In this document: piece after piece, positions 31,663 to 42,913 of the stretch
How positions within the stretch are numbered: the stretch's first letter is position 1
Layout of the letters: each line of letters opens with the position of its first letter
NCBI GenBank assembly: GCA_005792285.1
Contig: SXSI01000049.1
Location: 19,589-83,588, forward strand
DNA from: Bacteroidota bacterium
GTDB taxonomy: Bacteria; Bacteroidota; Ignavibacteria; UBA10030; UBA8401
Direction of reading: 5' to 3'
Length of the DNA stretch: 64,000 nucleotides
Translations under genes and position numbers: made by a program
The notes under the pieces: model-generated
Seen by the model: only the letters and a program-made list of their open reading frames with translations
Database searches by the model: none
Told to the model about the DNA's origin: nothing

Positions 31663-32844
31663 ATGGCTGAATATAAAGGATTCGAATTTCTCGACATATT
31701 AATATTAATTAGCAAATTTAGAAAAAAATTATTTGTAATATTTTTTTCAAGTTTGTTATTTTCATTCGGCTTTCTATATTATTTTATAGATGAACAATTT
31801 GAAGCGAATGCAGTTATAATTCCTCGCGGTGAAGATGCAAGTGCTGGACTTGGTACAATGATGAAAAATTTTAACAAAGGAGTTCCATTATCATTTGGTA
31901 GTAGTGCATCTGCTCAAATTGAAATAAACAGATACAATACAATTGTCTTTAGTCGAACAACTTTAGAAGAGATAATAAAGAAATATAATCTAATTAAAGT
32001 TTATAAAATTGATTCAACTGAAGATGATGCAATGGAATCTGCTCTTCTTCGACTAAGAAAAAAAATTGCAACACACGAAACCAACAACGATGCTTATGAA
32101 ATTGTTGTTAAATCAAAATCTCCAAAACTTTCCTCGGATATTGCGAATTCTTTAGTTGATGCAATAAATAATAAAATTATAAGTTTAGAAGTTACAAAAT
32201 CCAAAGAGAGCAGATTGTTTTTAGAAAAACGTGTTGAAGATATTCGTGTTGAACTTAGAAATTCTGAAGACTCATTACGTTATTATCAGGAAGTTTCTGG
32301 ATTGATAGATGTAAAAAATCAAATGGAAGGATTATTCACAGTTTATTCTGAATTAGAAACCGAGCTAATTACAAAGCAACTTCAAAAATCAGTTTTGGAA
32401 AGATTATATAGTAAAAATCATCCTGAAGTAAAATCAGCAGAAATTCAAATATCCGAGTATCAAAAAAAATTGGATAAAATAAAATCGGAAGATGAACAAG
32501 GAAGTGTTGTACTTGCACTAAAAAATATTCCAAAAAAAACTGCAGAATATTTAAGACGATTCAGAACTGTTGAAATAAATAACGCACTTTTGGAATTTAT
32601 AATTCCCCTTTATGAGCAAGCAAAAATCGAAGAGAAGAAGGACTTTCCAATTCTACAAGTAATAGATTATGCAATACCGCCAAAGAATCCATCGATGCCA
32701 AGAATTTATTTAGCGATTGCTATCTCATTTTTTATAATGACTTTATCAGCACTTTTCTATTTGATAATTGAATTGTTGAATAATTCTGTTAATCCCAAAT
32801 TGGAATATTTGAGAGGGGAATTTAGTTGGAAAAGAAAAAAGTGA
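31663..32844 (+). CDS. Polysaccharide chain-length determinant (Wzz/PCP family, no kinase domain)
   Basis: N- and C-terminal TM helices flank a coiled-coil periplasmic region. Confidence 0.55.
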   Translation: MAEYKGFEFLDILILISKFRKKLFVIFFSSLLFSFGFLYYFIDEQFEANAVIIPRGEDASAGLGTMMKNFNKGVPLSFGSSASAQIEINRYNTIVFSRTTLEEIIKKYNLIKVYKIDSTEDDAMESALLRLRKKIATHETNNDAYEIVVKSKSPKLSSDIANSLVDAINNKIISLEVTKSKESRLFLEKRVEDIRVELRNSEDSLRYYQEVSGLIDVKNQMEGLFTVYSELETELITKQLQKSVLERLYSKNHPEVKSAEIQISEYQKKLDKIKSEDEQGSVVLALKNIPKKTAEYLRRFRTVEINNALLEFIIPLYEQAKIEEKKDFPILQVIDYAIPPKNPSMPRIYLAIAISFFIMTLSALFYLIIELLNNSVNPKLEYLRGEFSWKRKK

Positions 32845-32856
32845 GAGACACCTCAA

Positions 32857-34260
32857 TTGCTTTCACTAACTGATAAAAGTAATTACACCTCTACTTTTTT
32901 AAAAACCATATTTTATATTTTGGTTTTAAATGTAATTGTATTTTCACTTATAAATATTTTTACATCAAATTTGAGTGATACAATTATTTTATTAATCTGT
33001 GCAATCCCAATAGTCATAATATTCCTTTTTAATTTTAACATTATATATGGAATGTTGTTAATATCTCTTTTCATCCAATTTTATTTTGGATTTACAAGCA
33101 GTGTTTGGTTTTCTTTATTTGTAATTATTTCTCTACTTATTACTTATAAAAATATTTCAATAAATGATTTCAAGTCACCATTAAATTATTCATTTATTAT
33201 TTATTTAATTTCTATCCTCCCTTCATTTATAAACGCACAGAGACCATTTACTAGTTTAATAATGCTTTATCATTTAGTTGCATTATTTTTAATTTTCACA
33301 ATTACAAAATTATATTTTGATTCAGAAAATAAAATATCATTTTTATTAAAAGGATATCTTGCACTTGTTTTACTAAATACAATCACAATATTTATCCAAT
33401 CAATTTTCGAAAGCAAAAGAACATATGGTTTTGCCGGAATTATGTACGTTGATTATGTCGGTGTAGCAATTATGATTTCGGTAGTTCATCTCACATTTAC
33501 AAAAGGTGTAAAAAAAATATTATGGTTCATGCTGTTATCAATATTTGTAACAGGACTGATCTTTACGCAAACAAGAAGTGCTTGGCTTGTTTCGGGATTT
33601 TCAATTTTATTATTTGTAAGTTTTCTATTTTATAAATCGAATCGATTTAATCTCAATCGTTTTAAATTAATATTTAACTCAGCTTTCATAGTGGTAGTAA
33701 TTATTATAATATATTTAGCAGCAACTGAGTTTAATCCAAAAATAGCGGAACGAGCTACAGAATATGCGTCATCTGAACAAGCTCTCGATAAAAGAGGTTA
33801 TGCAGTGAATTCGTTGGTTTCAAGAATGCTAATATGGAGCACGGCTTATAACGCATTTATGGCGCATCCAATAGCGGGAATCGGGTTATATTCTTTTCCA
33901 TACACTTCTTATTTATTTAATAAACTTCCGAAATATTTATTCGATGAATATGTTAGCGGATTAACTGCACACTTAACTTACCTTGCTGTAATTGTTGAAA
34001 CAGGAATTATTGGTTTAATCGGATTTCTAATATTTATTTATTCAATTCTGAAAAATAATTTTAAGTTATTAAATAATTCTCAAGAGAAACAATTTAATAT
34101 TTTAAATTTGTCTGTTGGATGGGGAATAATCTATATTATGATTTCGATGTTTGTAACTGATGCGTGGCTTTGGGGACAAGGAATTATTTTATTTGGAATT
34201 TTTATAGGATTAATGCTTGCAATGTTAAAATTAAATATTGAACCAAATAAATCAGAATAA
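32857..34260 (+). CDS. O-antigen ligase / Wzy-like polymerase family membrane protein
   Basis: About 11 TM helices. 'TQTRSAWL' Wzy_C-type motif and a large periplasmic loop. Confidence 0.55.
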   Translation: MLSLTDKSNYTSTFLKTIFYILVLNVIVFSLINIFTSNLSDTIILLICAIPIVIIFLFNFNIIYGMLLISLFIQFYFGFTSSVWFSLFVIISLLITYKNISINDFKSPLNYSFIIYLISILPSFINAQRPFTSLIMLYHLVALFLIFTITKLYFDSENKISFLLKGYLALVLLNTITIFIQSIFESKRTYGFAGIMYVDYVGVAIMISVVHLTFTKGVKKILWFMLLSIFVTGLIFTQTRSAWLVSGFSILLFVSFLFYKSNRFNLNRFKLIFNSAFIVVVIIIIYLAATEFNPKIAERATEYASSEQALDKRGYAVNSLVSRMLIWSTAYNAFMAHPIAGIGLYSFPYTSYLFNKLPKYLFDEYVSGLTAHLTYLAVIVETGIIGLIGFLIFIYSILKNNFKLLNNSQEKQFNILNLSVGWGIIYIMISMFVTDAWLWGQGIILFGIFIGLMLAMLKLNIEPNKSE

Positions 34261-34264
34261 AGGA

Positions 34265-35785
34265 ATGAGAAAAAAAATTCTTTTAGGTTCATTAAGTGGA
34301 ATAGTTCAAGTAGCAATAAATACAATTCTGGTTGTATTAACAGTTTCTCTTTTTATTGATAAACTTGGAGTAGAGCTTTACGGGATATTTTCACTTTTTG
34401 CTGTAATTGGAAATTTCAATCTTCTGGTTAATTTAGGATTTAATACATCATTAATTAAATTTCTTGTTGAGCAAGGACGAACTGAAGAATCTAATTACGA
34501 CATAATTACAGTATTTCTCGTTCTTAGTTTAATTTTAGTTTTAGTTACAGCATTGCTTTTATTCAATGAAACATTTGTATTAAAAAATATATTTTGGCTT
34601 CCCGAAATTTATCTGACAACTGAAACATCAATTCTATTTAAAACAATATTATTTTCAAGTGTACTTGTAATACTCGGACAAGTACCAAGTGCAATTTTTG
34701 ATTCATTGCAAAAAACTTATTTAACAAATCTTCTTCAATTATTTTATAGCATTTTAAATAAGTCAAGTATAATTATTTTACTATTTGTTGATCCAAGATT
34801 ATCTTCAATTGGGATATTTTCTTTATCAGCAACAATAATCTGGTTTATAATTCTTTTTATTGTCGCTATAAAAGTTTGGGGATTTTATAGAATTGCAAAT
34901 TATTCGAAATCATTTATTCCAACAATTAAAAAGCAACTCAAATATAGTTCTAAAATTTATGGAAGTAATATTTTAGGGTTCTTCTATGAGCCATTAACTA
35001 AAATATTAATCAACAAATATATCGGGATTAGAGAAGTCGCTTTCTTCGAAATTGCATTGAGAATAAAAGGACTTTTCTGGAGTCTCATTGAAAGATTGAT
35101 TTATCCTATAACTCCATTAATTGGAAAGTTAGAAAATAAAATTCAAATCGCGCAAATAATACAAACAGTAGAAAAAAAATTATTATTATTTGGAATATTT
35201 ATTATTGCAATCGTTTGTACAAATATGCACCAAATCGTACAACTTTGGATTGGAAGAGAAGTTGAAATAATAAGTACAACTGCTAATATTATTTTAGCTT
35301 CATATTTATTATTTGCATTACCATTATATCCAACATATCAATATTTAATTATGAAAGGTTTTCCGGAAAAAGTATTAATTCTGCAATCGGTAAATGTTAT
35401 AGTAAACGTCTCCTTATTTTATTTATTATTAGCTTACTTTAATTATTGGGGAGCAATAGTTTCATTTATCATTGCTGTCCTTTGTTCATTCATACTTCTA
35501 TTAAAGTTTAGAACGAAATTGCTAGATATAAAAATTATTGAAAATGTAACTGATCTTCGGAATATAATTTTATTTTCAATAATATTAGTTGCACTCAATG
35601 GATTTATAAATATGTTTCTCTTTTCGACTTCTACACACATTATTATAGTCATAATATTTAATAGTTTAGTTTCATTCTTATTGATAAGATATCTTCATTT
35701 ATTTTCAAAAGAGGATTTTAATATATTTTTTGGTGAGAATATAAAATATAAAAATATATTTTCAAAAATAATGATATCAAATTAA
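34265..35785 (+). CDS. Polysaccharide flippase (Wzx, MOP superfamily)
   Basis: 12-14 TM helices, polysacc_synt family pattern. The internal Met at 34265 avoids the overlap. Confidence 0.6.
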   Translation: MRKKILLGSLSGIVQVAINTILVVLTVSLFIDKLGVELYGIFSLFAVIGNFNLLVNLGFNTSLIKFLVEQGRTEESNYDIITVFLVLSLILVLVTALLLFNETFVLKNIFWLPEIYLTTETSILFKTILFSSVLVILGQVPSAIFDSLQKTYLTNLLQLFYSILNKSSIIILLFVDPRLSSIGIFSLSATIIWFIILFIVAIKVWGFYRIANYSKSFIPTIKKQLKYSSKIYGSNILGFFYEPLTKILINKYIGIREVAFFEIALRIKGLFWSLIERLIYPITPLIGKLENKIQIAQIIQTVEKKLLLFGIFIIAIVCTNMHQIVQLWIGREVEIISTTANIILASYLLFALPLYPTYQYLIMKGFPEKVLILQSVNVIVNVSLFYLLLAYFNYWGAIVSFIIAVLCSFILLLKFRTKLLDIKIIENVTDLRNIILFSIILVALNGFINMFLFSTSTHIIIVIIFNSLVSFLLIRYLHLFSKEDFNIFFGENIKYKNIFSKIMISN

Positions 35786-35788
35786 TTC

Positions 35789-36523
35789 ATGAAATCCGTT
35801 AAAAGCATTTTACATTCTTTATTTAAAAAAACAGGATATAGTATTCAACCATATTATACGTTGCAAGAAAATGTAAATATGGGAAAGTATAAATGGCTTG
35901 AAGAGTACAAGATCAAAACATTATTGGATGTTGGTGCAAATATTGGTGAGTTCTCTACTTTATTGAAACAAATTCTTCCGGATTTGAAAATATATTGTTT
36001 TGAACCACTTGAAGATTGTTTTCTTCAACTGCAGTTGATCAAAGAAAAGTATTCCAATATTAAATTATTTAAAATCGGATTGGGAGAAATTAATGAAGAA
36101 AAAATAATAAATCACAATGAATTTGCCCCAAGTTCATCTTTGTTAAAAGCTACCAACATATCAATAAATGCATTTCCATATACATCAAAATCTGTTGAAG
36201 AGAAAATTAAAATATGCACTCTCGATTCACTACAAGATGAAATTATATTCGAAAAGAATATCTTACTTAAAATTGATGTTCAAGGATATGAAAAACAAGT
36301 TTTACTTGGTGCAAAAACTGTATTGCCAAAGATTGCTGTAATTATAATTGAGCTCAGCATAGAAGAACTGTACGAAGATCAACCACTGTTCGATGAAATA
36401 TATAATTATTTAAAAGAAAATTCTTTTAGATATGTCGGAAATTATGATCAAATGTTCGATCCCAGAAATGGGAAAGTTCTTCAAGTTGATTCAATATTTA
36501 TAAATACAAATCTTATAAAGTAA
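35789..36523 (+). CDS. FkbM-family SAM-dependent methyltransferase
   Basis: 'LLDVGANIGEFS' and 'IDVQGYE'. Confidence 0.65.
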   Translation: MKSVKSILHSLFKKTGYSIQPYYTLQENVNMGKYKWLEEYKIKTLLDVGANIGEFSTLLKQILPDLKIYCFEPLEDCFLQLQLIKEKYSNIKLFKIGLGEINEEKIINHNEFAPSSSLLKATNISINAFPYTSKSVEEKIKICTLDSLQDEIIFEKNILLKIDVQGYEKQVLLGAKTVLPKIAVIIIELSIEELYEDQPLFDEIYNYLKENSFRYVGNYDQMFDPRNGKVLQVDSIFINTNLIK

Positions 36524-36530
36524 CTGCACA

Positions 36531-37526
36531 ATGGTAAAAATATCTGCAATAATATCACTTTATAATTCCGAGAAATTTATTTGTGGAAAGATTGAAGATC
36601 TACTTCAACAAACTATTGTATCGCAATTAGAAATAATAATTGTGAATAGTGGCTCAACTCAAAATGAAAAAATTATTATTGAAGAATATCTTCGTGCAAA
36701 TAATAATATTAAATATTTAGAAACATCAGAAAGAGAAACTATTTATAAAGCTTGGAATCGTGGAATTAATGAATCTGTTGGAGAGTATATTACAAATGCA
36801 AATTCAGATGATCGACTTCGTAAAGATGCATTTGAAATTCTTTCTAATTCACTTGTTGCTAATCCAGAAATAGCAATTGTTTTTGCGGATCAATTTATTT
36901 CAAACATTCCGAATGAAATAATTTCTGAATATTATGGAAGAAAAAAATATTATAGATCAGAATATTCGAGATTAAATTTATTAGCTAATTATGAAATTGG
37001 TTCTCAGTCAATGTGGCGAGCTTCTTTACACAAAAAAGAGAATATATATTTTAATGAAAAATATGAAGTTGCAGGAGATTATGAATTTTGTTGTCGAGTT
37101 TCTGAGAATCATAAAATTAAAAAAATAAATATGGTTTTAGGTTTATGCTACCGTTCAAATGAATTTGAAAATAAGGAGCTCCAAAATATTGAAAATACAA
37201 ACAAGGAAACTTTTGAAATACGAGAGAAGTATCTTCGCCGTTATTTAAAAACTATTTCTGTATCTGAACAATTTATGTTAATTAAAAGAGTAGATGCTTA
37301 TTTATTGTTACCAGCATTTCTACATATTATTCTATTTCGATTGAGTAAACAGTTTTCATTGTCCAATCAATTGTTACCACGTGGATTTGTTTGTTGGCTT
37401 GGATCTATAATATTAGAAATACAGGGAAATATCAGAGAAGCAAAAAAATATTGTACAAAAGGTAATAATATCCAATCAGCAATATTTTTAAGAAATCAAC
37501 TTGAAAAATTAAATAAATTACCTTGA
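36531..37526 (+). CDS. Glycosyltransferase family 2
   Basis: 'ISAIISLYNSEKF' and the DxD region. Confidence 0.65.
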   Translation: MVKISAIISLYNSEKFICGKIEDLLQQTIVSQLEIIIVNSGSTQNEKIIIEEYLRANNNIKYLETSERETIYKAWNRGINESVGEYITNANSDDRLRKDAFEILSNSLVANPEIAIVFADQFISNIPNEIISEYYGRKKYYRSEYSRLNLLANYEIGSQSMWRASLHKKENIYFNEKYEVAGDYEFCCRVSENHKIKKINMVLGLCYRSNEFENKELQNIENTNKETFEIREKYLRRYLKTISVSEQFMLIKRVDAYLLLPAFLHIILFRLSKQFSLSNQLLPRGFVCWLGSIILEIQGNIREAKKYCTKGNNIQSAIFLRNQLEKLNKLP

Positions 37527-38326
37527 ATATTATAAATCCCAAAAATAAAATAGGTGTTGGTATAATTACTTATAATCGTGAAGACTTATTTTATGAGTGC
37601 TTGAAAAGTCTTGCATTTGCTGATGAAATTGTCGTTGTAAATGACGGGAAAGAATTTAAAAATACCAAAAATCTTTCAAACATAAATCATATAATCCAAC
37701 ATGATAAAAATTATGGTGTAGCTAAATCTAAAAATGATGCTCTTAAGTATTTGTTAAAACAGGGTTGCGAAAATATATTCTTATGTGAAGATGATGTAAA
37801 AATAATAAATGAAAATGTTTTTGAAGAATATATCAAAGCTAGCGAAACAAGTGGGATTCAACATTTAAATTACGCATATCATGGACCAACAAATAAAAAT
37901 AATATATCACACTATCAGGAAATAAAGTATGAAAAGGGTGTAGGGTTATCTTTTCACAGATATCCAATTGGTGCTTTTACATTTTATACACGAACTGCAA
38001 TTGAAAAAGTTGGATTGCTTGATGAACGATTTCATAACTTTCATGATCATGTTGATCATACCGCAAGATTTATTAAAGCAAAACTTCATCCACCGTATGG
38101 TTGGTTTGCTGATATTGTTTCAAGTGATAAATTTATATCTGATCAAGATCCTGAACTTTCAAGAAGTACAAATAAAAGAAACACACTGAATTATTCTTTG
38201 AAATATTATTATTATTATTTGAAATATATTATAAAAAATGGAAATCCGAAAGTATCAGAAATTACAGAATTAAATTCTTATCTCATTAATCTCAAATCGA
38301 AAAACAAATTTAATTTTGTAAAATAA
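37523..38326 (+). CDS. Glycosyltransferase (GT2-like)
   Basis: 'GVGIITYNREDLFYECLKSL...VVVNDG'. Confidence 0.5.
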   Translation: MNIINPKNKIGVGIITYNREDLFYECLKSLAFADEIVVVNDGKEFKNTKNLSNINHIIQHDKNYGVAKSKNDALKYLLKQGCENIFLCEDDVKIINENVFEEYIKASETSGIQHLNYAYHGPTNKNNISHYQEIKYEKGVGLSFHRYPIGAFTFYTRTAIEKVGLLDERFHNFHDHVDHTARFIKAKLHPPYGWFADIVSSDKFISDQDPELSRSTNKRNTLNYSLKYYYYYLKYIIKNGNPKVSEITELNSYLINLKSKNKFNFVK

Positions 38327-38327
38327 A

Positions 38328-39227
38328 ATGCCAAAAGTTGCTGCAGTAATATTAAATTATAATTCTCATAAAGATTTGGAAAAATGCATCAATTCCATAA
38401 GAAAAAATGTAACTGAAAAGATTGCGATTATCATAGTCGATAATAATTCTAAAAAAGAAAGTGTGGATTATATACAATCGCAAATAAATGATATTACGCT
38501 TATTAAACGAAATATTAACGATGGATATGCTGCAGGAAATAATGTAGGAATCCGTAAAGCATTATCGCTCGGAGTTGATTATGTGTTGATTATGAATCCT
38601 GATATAATAGTAAAAGATAATTTTCTTTCACCGTTACTAAAAATATTAAATGAGAACTCCGAAGTAGGAATTGTTACCGGAAAAGCGTTTCGAAAAATAT
38701 CATCAAAAATTTATACAACAGGTGGCAGAATTAGTCTGTTATTATGCTCTGTATTACCACTTTCTTCAAATAAAATCTATAAACCTCAGTTTGTTAATTT
38801 TATATCTGGATGTTTGATGATAGTAAGAAAAGAAGTTTTTCAGATTGTCGGATATTTTGAAGAACGTTATTTTATGTATTCAGAAGATTTAAAATATTCG
38901 TTTAATGCTAATAAACATTTCAAATTATATTATCAACCAGAATCAGTTTTTTATCATGGAAGTGGTGCAGGAAATATTCTAGAAGAATATTCGCCATCAT
39001 ATTTATATTATTCAATAAGAAATCGAATATTATTTTTTACTGATGCTTTCCCATTTCTCAAATATTACGTTATAACAATTTTATTATTAATAATTTTTGG
39101 AAAATTAGTATTACTTGTCTTTTCTATGAAAGGAAATGATAATAGACTTTCTCAACAAATAATTGCTCTTGTAAACGGATGGATTGATGGAGCAAAAGGA
39201 ATAATGGGACGAAATCCTAAATATTAA
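38328..39227 (+). CDS. Glycosyltransferase family 2
   Basis: 'VAAVILNYNSHKDL...IIVDNNS...GYAAGNNVG'. Confidence 0.7.
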   Translation: MPKVAAVILNYNSHKDLEKCINSIRKNVTEKIAIIIVDNNSKKESVDYIQSQINDITLIKRNINDGYAAGNNVGIRKALSLGVDYVLIMNPDIIVKDNFLSPLLKILNENSEVGIVTGKAFRKISSKIYTTGGRISLLLCSVLPLSSNKIYKPQFVNFISGCLMIVRKEVFQIVGYFEERYFMYSEDLKYSFNANKHFKLYYQPESVFYHGSGAGNILEEYSPSYLYYSIRNRILFFTDAFPFLKYYVITILLLIIFGKLVLLVFSMKGNDNRLSQQIIALVNGWIDGAKGIMGRNPKY

Positions 39228-39230
39228 AAA

Positions 39231-40403
39231 ATGAAAATATTATTTATTACATCGAGAATTCCTTATCCACTTTTTAGAGGAGATAAACTTAGAGTTTATA
39301 ATTTGATTCGTAATCTTTCAAAATCAAATGAGATAATACTTTTGAGCTTTGTTGAAAATAAAAGTGAGTATGAATTGCAAAATGAATTAGCTAAATATTG
39401 TACAAGAATTGAACTTATTTATTTACCAGTTTGGAAATCAGTAATTAATTCTGTTTTGGGGTTCTTTAGTAAACTGCCAATTCAAGTTAAATATTATAAT
39501 TCAAAAAAAATGAATACTCTTGTGAAAAATGTAATCCAAGAAGAAAAACCTGATTTAATACATACTCATCTTATAAGAATGGCTCCATATACATTTGATA
39601 TTGATCATCCAAAAAAAGTTATCGATCTAACTGATGCCGTATCGTTGTATCTAAAACGATTTCAGAAATTAACTAAAAACCCTTTCTTGAAATTATTCCT
39701 TTTGATTGAAAAAAATAGAATGTATAAGTATGAAAAAATCATACAAAAATATGATAGAGCTTTTGTGTGCTCTGAAATTGATAAAGAATATCTTTTAAGT
39801 AGAAACACAAAATTAAAAATAAATTTAGTTTACAATGGAATCGAGTTAGAAAATTATAAAACCAAAAAGCATATCAAAAGGTTAAACTCGATAATATTTA
39901 CAGGTAATATGTCCTATTATCCAAATAGTGATGCAGTAGAATATTTTGTAAAAGAAATATTTCCGCAGATATTATTGAAAGTTCCAAGTGCGAAGTTTTA
40001 TATTGTCGGACAAAATCCAAGTAGTAAAATTATAAAGATGAAATCACAAAATATAATTGTAACTGGTTTCGTTAAAGACATTTGCAGTGAATATTTACAA
40101 TCAGACATTGCTGTTTCACCTATTAGATACGGAGCCGGAACATTAACCAAAATATTAGAATCGTCTTCATTGGGAATTCCTGTAATTGCAACTCCAATCG
40201 GATCCTTAGGGCTGAATTTACAACACAATAAAGAAATATTAATTGCGAATTCTAAAGAAGAATTTGCTGATTATGCTATAAAATTATTAAACTCGAAAAA
40301 AGAAAGAGAAAGAATTGGTATTAATGGAAAAAAGAAAGTTCGAGATTTATACGGATTAGGTAAAATAACAAACGACTTAAATAAAATTTATAGCCAATTA
40401 TAA
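39231..40403 (+). CDS. Glycosyltransferase family 4
   Basis: GT-B fold pattern. The C-terminal 'GTLTKILESSSLGIPVIATPIG' is the nucleotide-sugar-binding region. Confidence 0.7.
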   Translation: MKILFITSRIPYPLFRGDKLRVYNLIRNLSKSNEIILLSFVENKSEYELQNELAKYCTRIELIYLPVWKSVINSVLGFFSKLPIQVKYYNSKKMNTLVKNVIQEEKPDLIHTHLIRMAPYTFDIDHPKKVIDLTDAVSLYLKRFQKLTKNPFLKLFLLIEKNRMYKYEKIIQKYDRAFVCSEIDKEYLLSRNTKLKINLVYNGIELENYKTKKHIKRLNSIIFTGNMSYYPNSDAVEYFVKEIFPQILLKVPSAKFYIVGQNPSSKIIKMKSQNIIVTGFVKDICSEYLQSDIAVSPIRYGAGTLTKILESSSLGIPVIATPIGSLGLNLQHNKEILIANSKEEFADYAIKLLNSKKERERIGINGKKKVRDLYGLGKITNDLNKIYSQL

Positions 40404-40418
40404 AATAATATAATTAAA

Positions 40419-41513
40419 ATGTTAAAAATTCTTTTAATAGCAGGAACACGTCCCGAAATTATAAAACTTGCTCCGATATTTATAGCTGCAAAAAATCGTA
40501 AGTATAAAAATAAAATCAAAATTGAGTTTTGTTATACTGGCCAACATAAAAAAATGGCGGAAGATGCATTATCAATATTTGATATTAAACCAGATATAAA
40601 TCTTTCCATAATGAAGGTTGGACAAACAATTGATCATGTTGCTTCGGAAATCTTTAAAAAACTTCCTAAAATATTTAAAAAAGTTAATCCTGATGTTGTG
40701 TTAGTCCAGGGAGATACTACGACTGCTGCTATGTCAGCAATATGTACATTTCAAAATAAAATTCTTGTCGGACATATTGAAGCGGGATTGCGAAGTTTTG
40801 ATATTAATTCTCCATTCCCAGAAGAATTTAATCGGCTTGCAATAAGTAGAATTGCGAAATATAATTTTTGTCCAACGAAAAATTCAAATCAAAATTTAAT
40901 TAGTGAAGGTGTTAATAAAAAATCTTTGTTCATAACAGGTAATACTGTTGTAGATGCACTACGAATAATTTCAAAAAATAATAAGTTAAACAATTTAAAT
41001 AGAATTAATAAAAAAATTAATAAACCATTTATTTTAATAACTGCACATCGAAGAGAAAGTTTTGGTAAAGGATTTAAGAATATTTGTAACGCAATTCGAG
41101 ATTCAGCAATTAAGTATCCAAAATTGCAATTCGTATATCCTGTACATTTGAATCCAAACGTTCAACAGCCTGTAAAAAATATTCTTGGAAAATTAAAAAA
41201 TGTAATTCTTTTAGAGCCGGTAAATTATTTAGAGTTACTCACTTTATTAAAAAATTCACTTTTTGTTTTAACAGATTCCGGTGGTATTCAAGAAGAAGCT
41301 CCTTCATTCAACAAATACTGCATTGTAATGAGGTATGTTACAGAAAGGGTGGAAAGTATTAAACTTGGAAATTCTAAATTAGTTGGCACAAATAAAGATA
41401 AAATTTGCAAAGCAATTGAAAAACAAATTAATAATCCTTCAAATAAAAAATTTATTAGTCCCTTCGGTGATGGATTTGCTGCTGAAAAAATATTGGAAAT
41501 ATTAAGTAGATAA
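40419..41513 (+). CDS. wecB: UDP-N-acetylglucosamine 2-epimerase (non-hydrolysing)
   Basis: 'LLIAGTRPEIIKLAP', 'HIEAGLRSFD' and 'TAHRRESFG'. Confidence 0.85.
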   Translation: MLKILLIAGTRPEIIKLAPIFIAAKNRKYKNKIKIEFCYTGQHKKMAEDALSIFDIKPDINLSIMKVGQTIDHVASEIFKKLPKIFKKVNPDVVLVQGDTTTAAMSAICTFQNKILVGHIEAGLRSFDINSPFPEEFNRLAISRIAKYNFCPTKNSNQNLISEGVNKKSLFITGNTVVDALRIISKNNKLNNLNRINKKINKPFILITAHRRESFGKGFKNICNAIRDSAIKYPKLQFVYPVHLNPNVQQPVKNILGKLKNVILLEPVNYLELLTLLKNSLFVLTDSGGIQEEAPSFNKYCIVMRYVTERVESIKLGNSKLVGTNKDKICKAIEKQINNPSNKKFISPFGDGFAAEKILEILSR

Positions 41514-41515
41514 AT

Positions 41516-42910
41516 ATGAATATTACGAATAAGAAATTTTTATTCCTTTTTGATGTTTTTTTGATTTCACTTTTTTGGACATCATATTATTTATTAAGAG
41601 TGAGGTTTGGAATATTTGAACTTCAATCTGAAATAGATTTTGTACTTCCGTTAGTTGCAATATTAATTTATTGGATATTTATTTTCTTTTTATTTGGTCT
41701 TTACAAAGATCAATATGTAAAATCCAGAACGGATGAATTTATCCAAATATTTAAATCCGTAACAATTGGTTCGTTGCTACTTTACATTCTTATTTATGTT
41801 GATGAAGCAATTCCTAATCCAAGTCAAACGAGCAGATCATTAATGTTATTCCATTGGATTTTAATTTTAATAATTGTTTCTGTTGGAAGAATTGGATTGA
41901 TATCGTACTTACGCAGAATGTATTTGAAGGGAAAATATTTACGAAATACTTTAATTGTAGGTTGGGATAAAAAGGGAAAAGAATTGTTTGACAACTTGCA
42001 AACATTTCCTGCGTTAGGATTAAAAGTTATTGGATTTATTTCATCTAATAAACATAGTGGACAACATTCATATAAAAATTTAAAATTAATCGGAAGCATT
42101 GATCAGTTATCTGAAATAATAATTATCAAAAAAGTTTCTGAAATTATTATTGCATTGGAATCAACTGATCATGGTAAGCTTCTAAAAATATTAAATTATT
42201 GTGAACCGAATAAAGTTAATTTTAAAATTATTCCTGATATGTACGATGTAATTAGTGGACAGCTTAGAACAAACCAACTTTATGGATTCCCGTTAATTGA
42301 GATTACGCCAAGACATATGCAACCTTGGGAGGTTGTATTAAAAAGAATAATCGATATTATTTTTTCAATAATAATTCTAGTCATTACATTTCCAGTTTCA
42401 TTAATAATTTCAATTGCAATAAAATTAGAAACAAGAGGTCCAATAATATTTAAACAAGAGCGAGTTGGATTCGAAGGCGAAATATTTATTATGAAAAAAT
42501 TCAGAACTATGATTCACAATGCAGAATGGGAAACAGGTCCGATTTGGTCAACTCTGAACGATCAAAGAATTACAAAAGTTGGATTCTTTTTACGAAAAAC
42601 ACGTCTTGACGAAATTCCTCAACTACTAAATGTTATAAATGGCGATATGAGTTTAGTCGGTCCACGTCCGGAAAGGCCATATTTTGTTGAGAAATTTAAA
42701 AAAGAAATTCGATTTTACGCAAGACGCCTTCAAGTTTTGCCGGGAATTACTGGCTGGGCTCAAATAAAACAGGGTTACGATTCTTCAATTGCTGATGTTA
42801 AAATGAAACTAAAATATGATTTATATTATATTGAAAATATGTCTCTGAGAATCGATTTGAAAATTTTATTCAATACTATTTATACAATGTTATTGGGAAA
42901 AGGGCAATAA
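41516..42910 (+). CDS. Undecaprenyl-phosphate sugar phosphotransferase (WbaP/EpsL-like polyprenyl glycosylphosphotransferase)
   Basis: 4 N-terminal TM helices, a CoA-binding-like domain and the C-terminal 'bacterial sugar transferase' domain with 'KFRTM', 'LVGPRPERPYF', 'LPGITGWAQI' and 'DLYYIENMS'. Confidence 0.8.
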   Translation: MNITNKKFLFLFDVFLISLFWTSYYLLRVRFGIFELQSEIDFVLPLVAILIYWIFIFFLFGLYKDQYVKSRTDEFIQIFKSVTIGSLLLYILIYVDEAIPNPSQTSRSLMLFHWILILIIVSVGRIGLISYLRRMYLKGKYLRNTLIVGWDKKGKELFDNLQTFPALGLKVIGFISSNKHSGQHSYKNLKLIGSIDQLSEIIIIKKVSEIIIALESTDHGKLLKILNYCEPNKVNFKIIPDMYDVISGQLRTNQLYGFPLIEITPRHMQPWEVVLKRIIDIIFSIIILVITFPVSLIISIAIKLETRGPIIFKQERVGFEGEIFIMKKFRTMIHNAEWETGPIWSTLNDQRITKVGFFLRKTRLDEIPQLLNVINGDMSLVGPRPERPYFVEKFKKEIRFYARRLQVLPGITGWAQIKQGYDSSIADVKMKLKYDLYYIENMSLRIDLKILFNTIYTMLLGKGQ

Positions 42911-42913
42911 TTT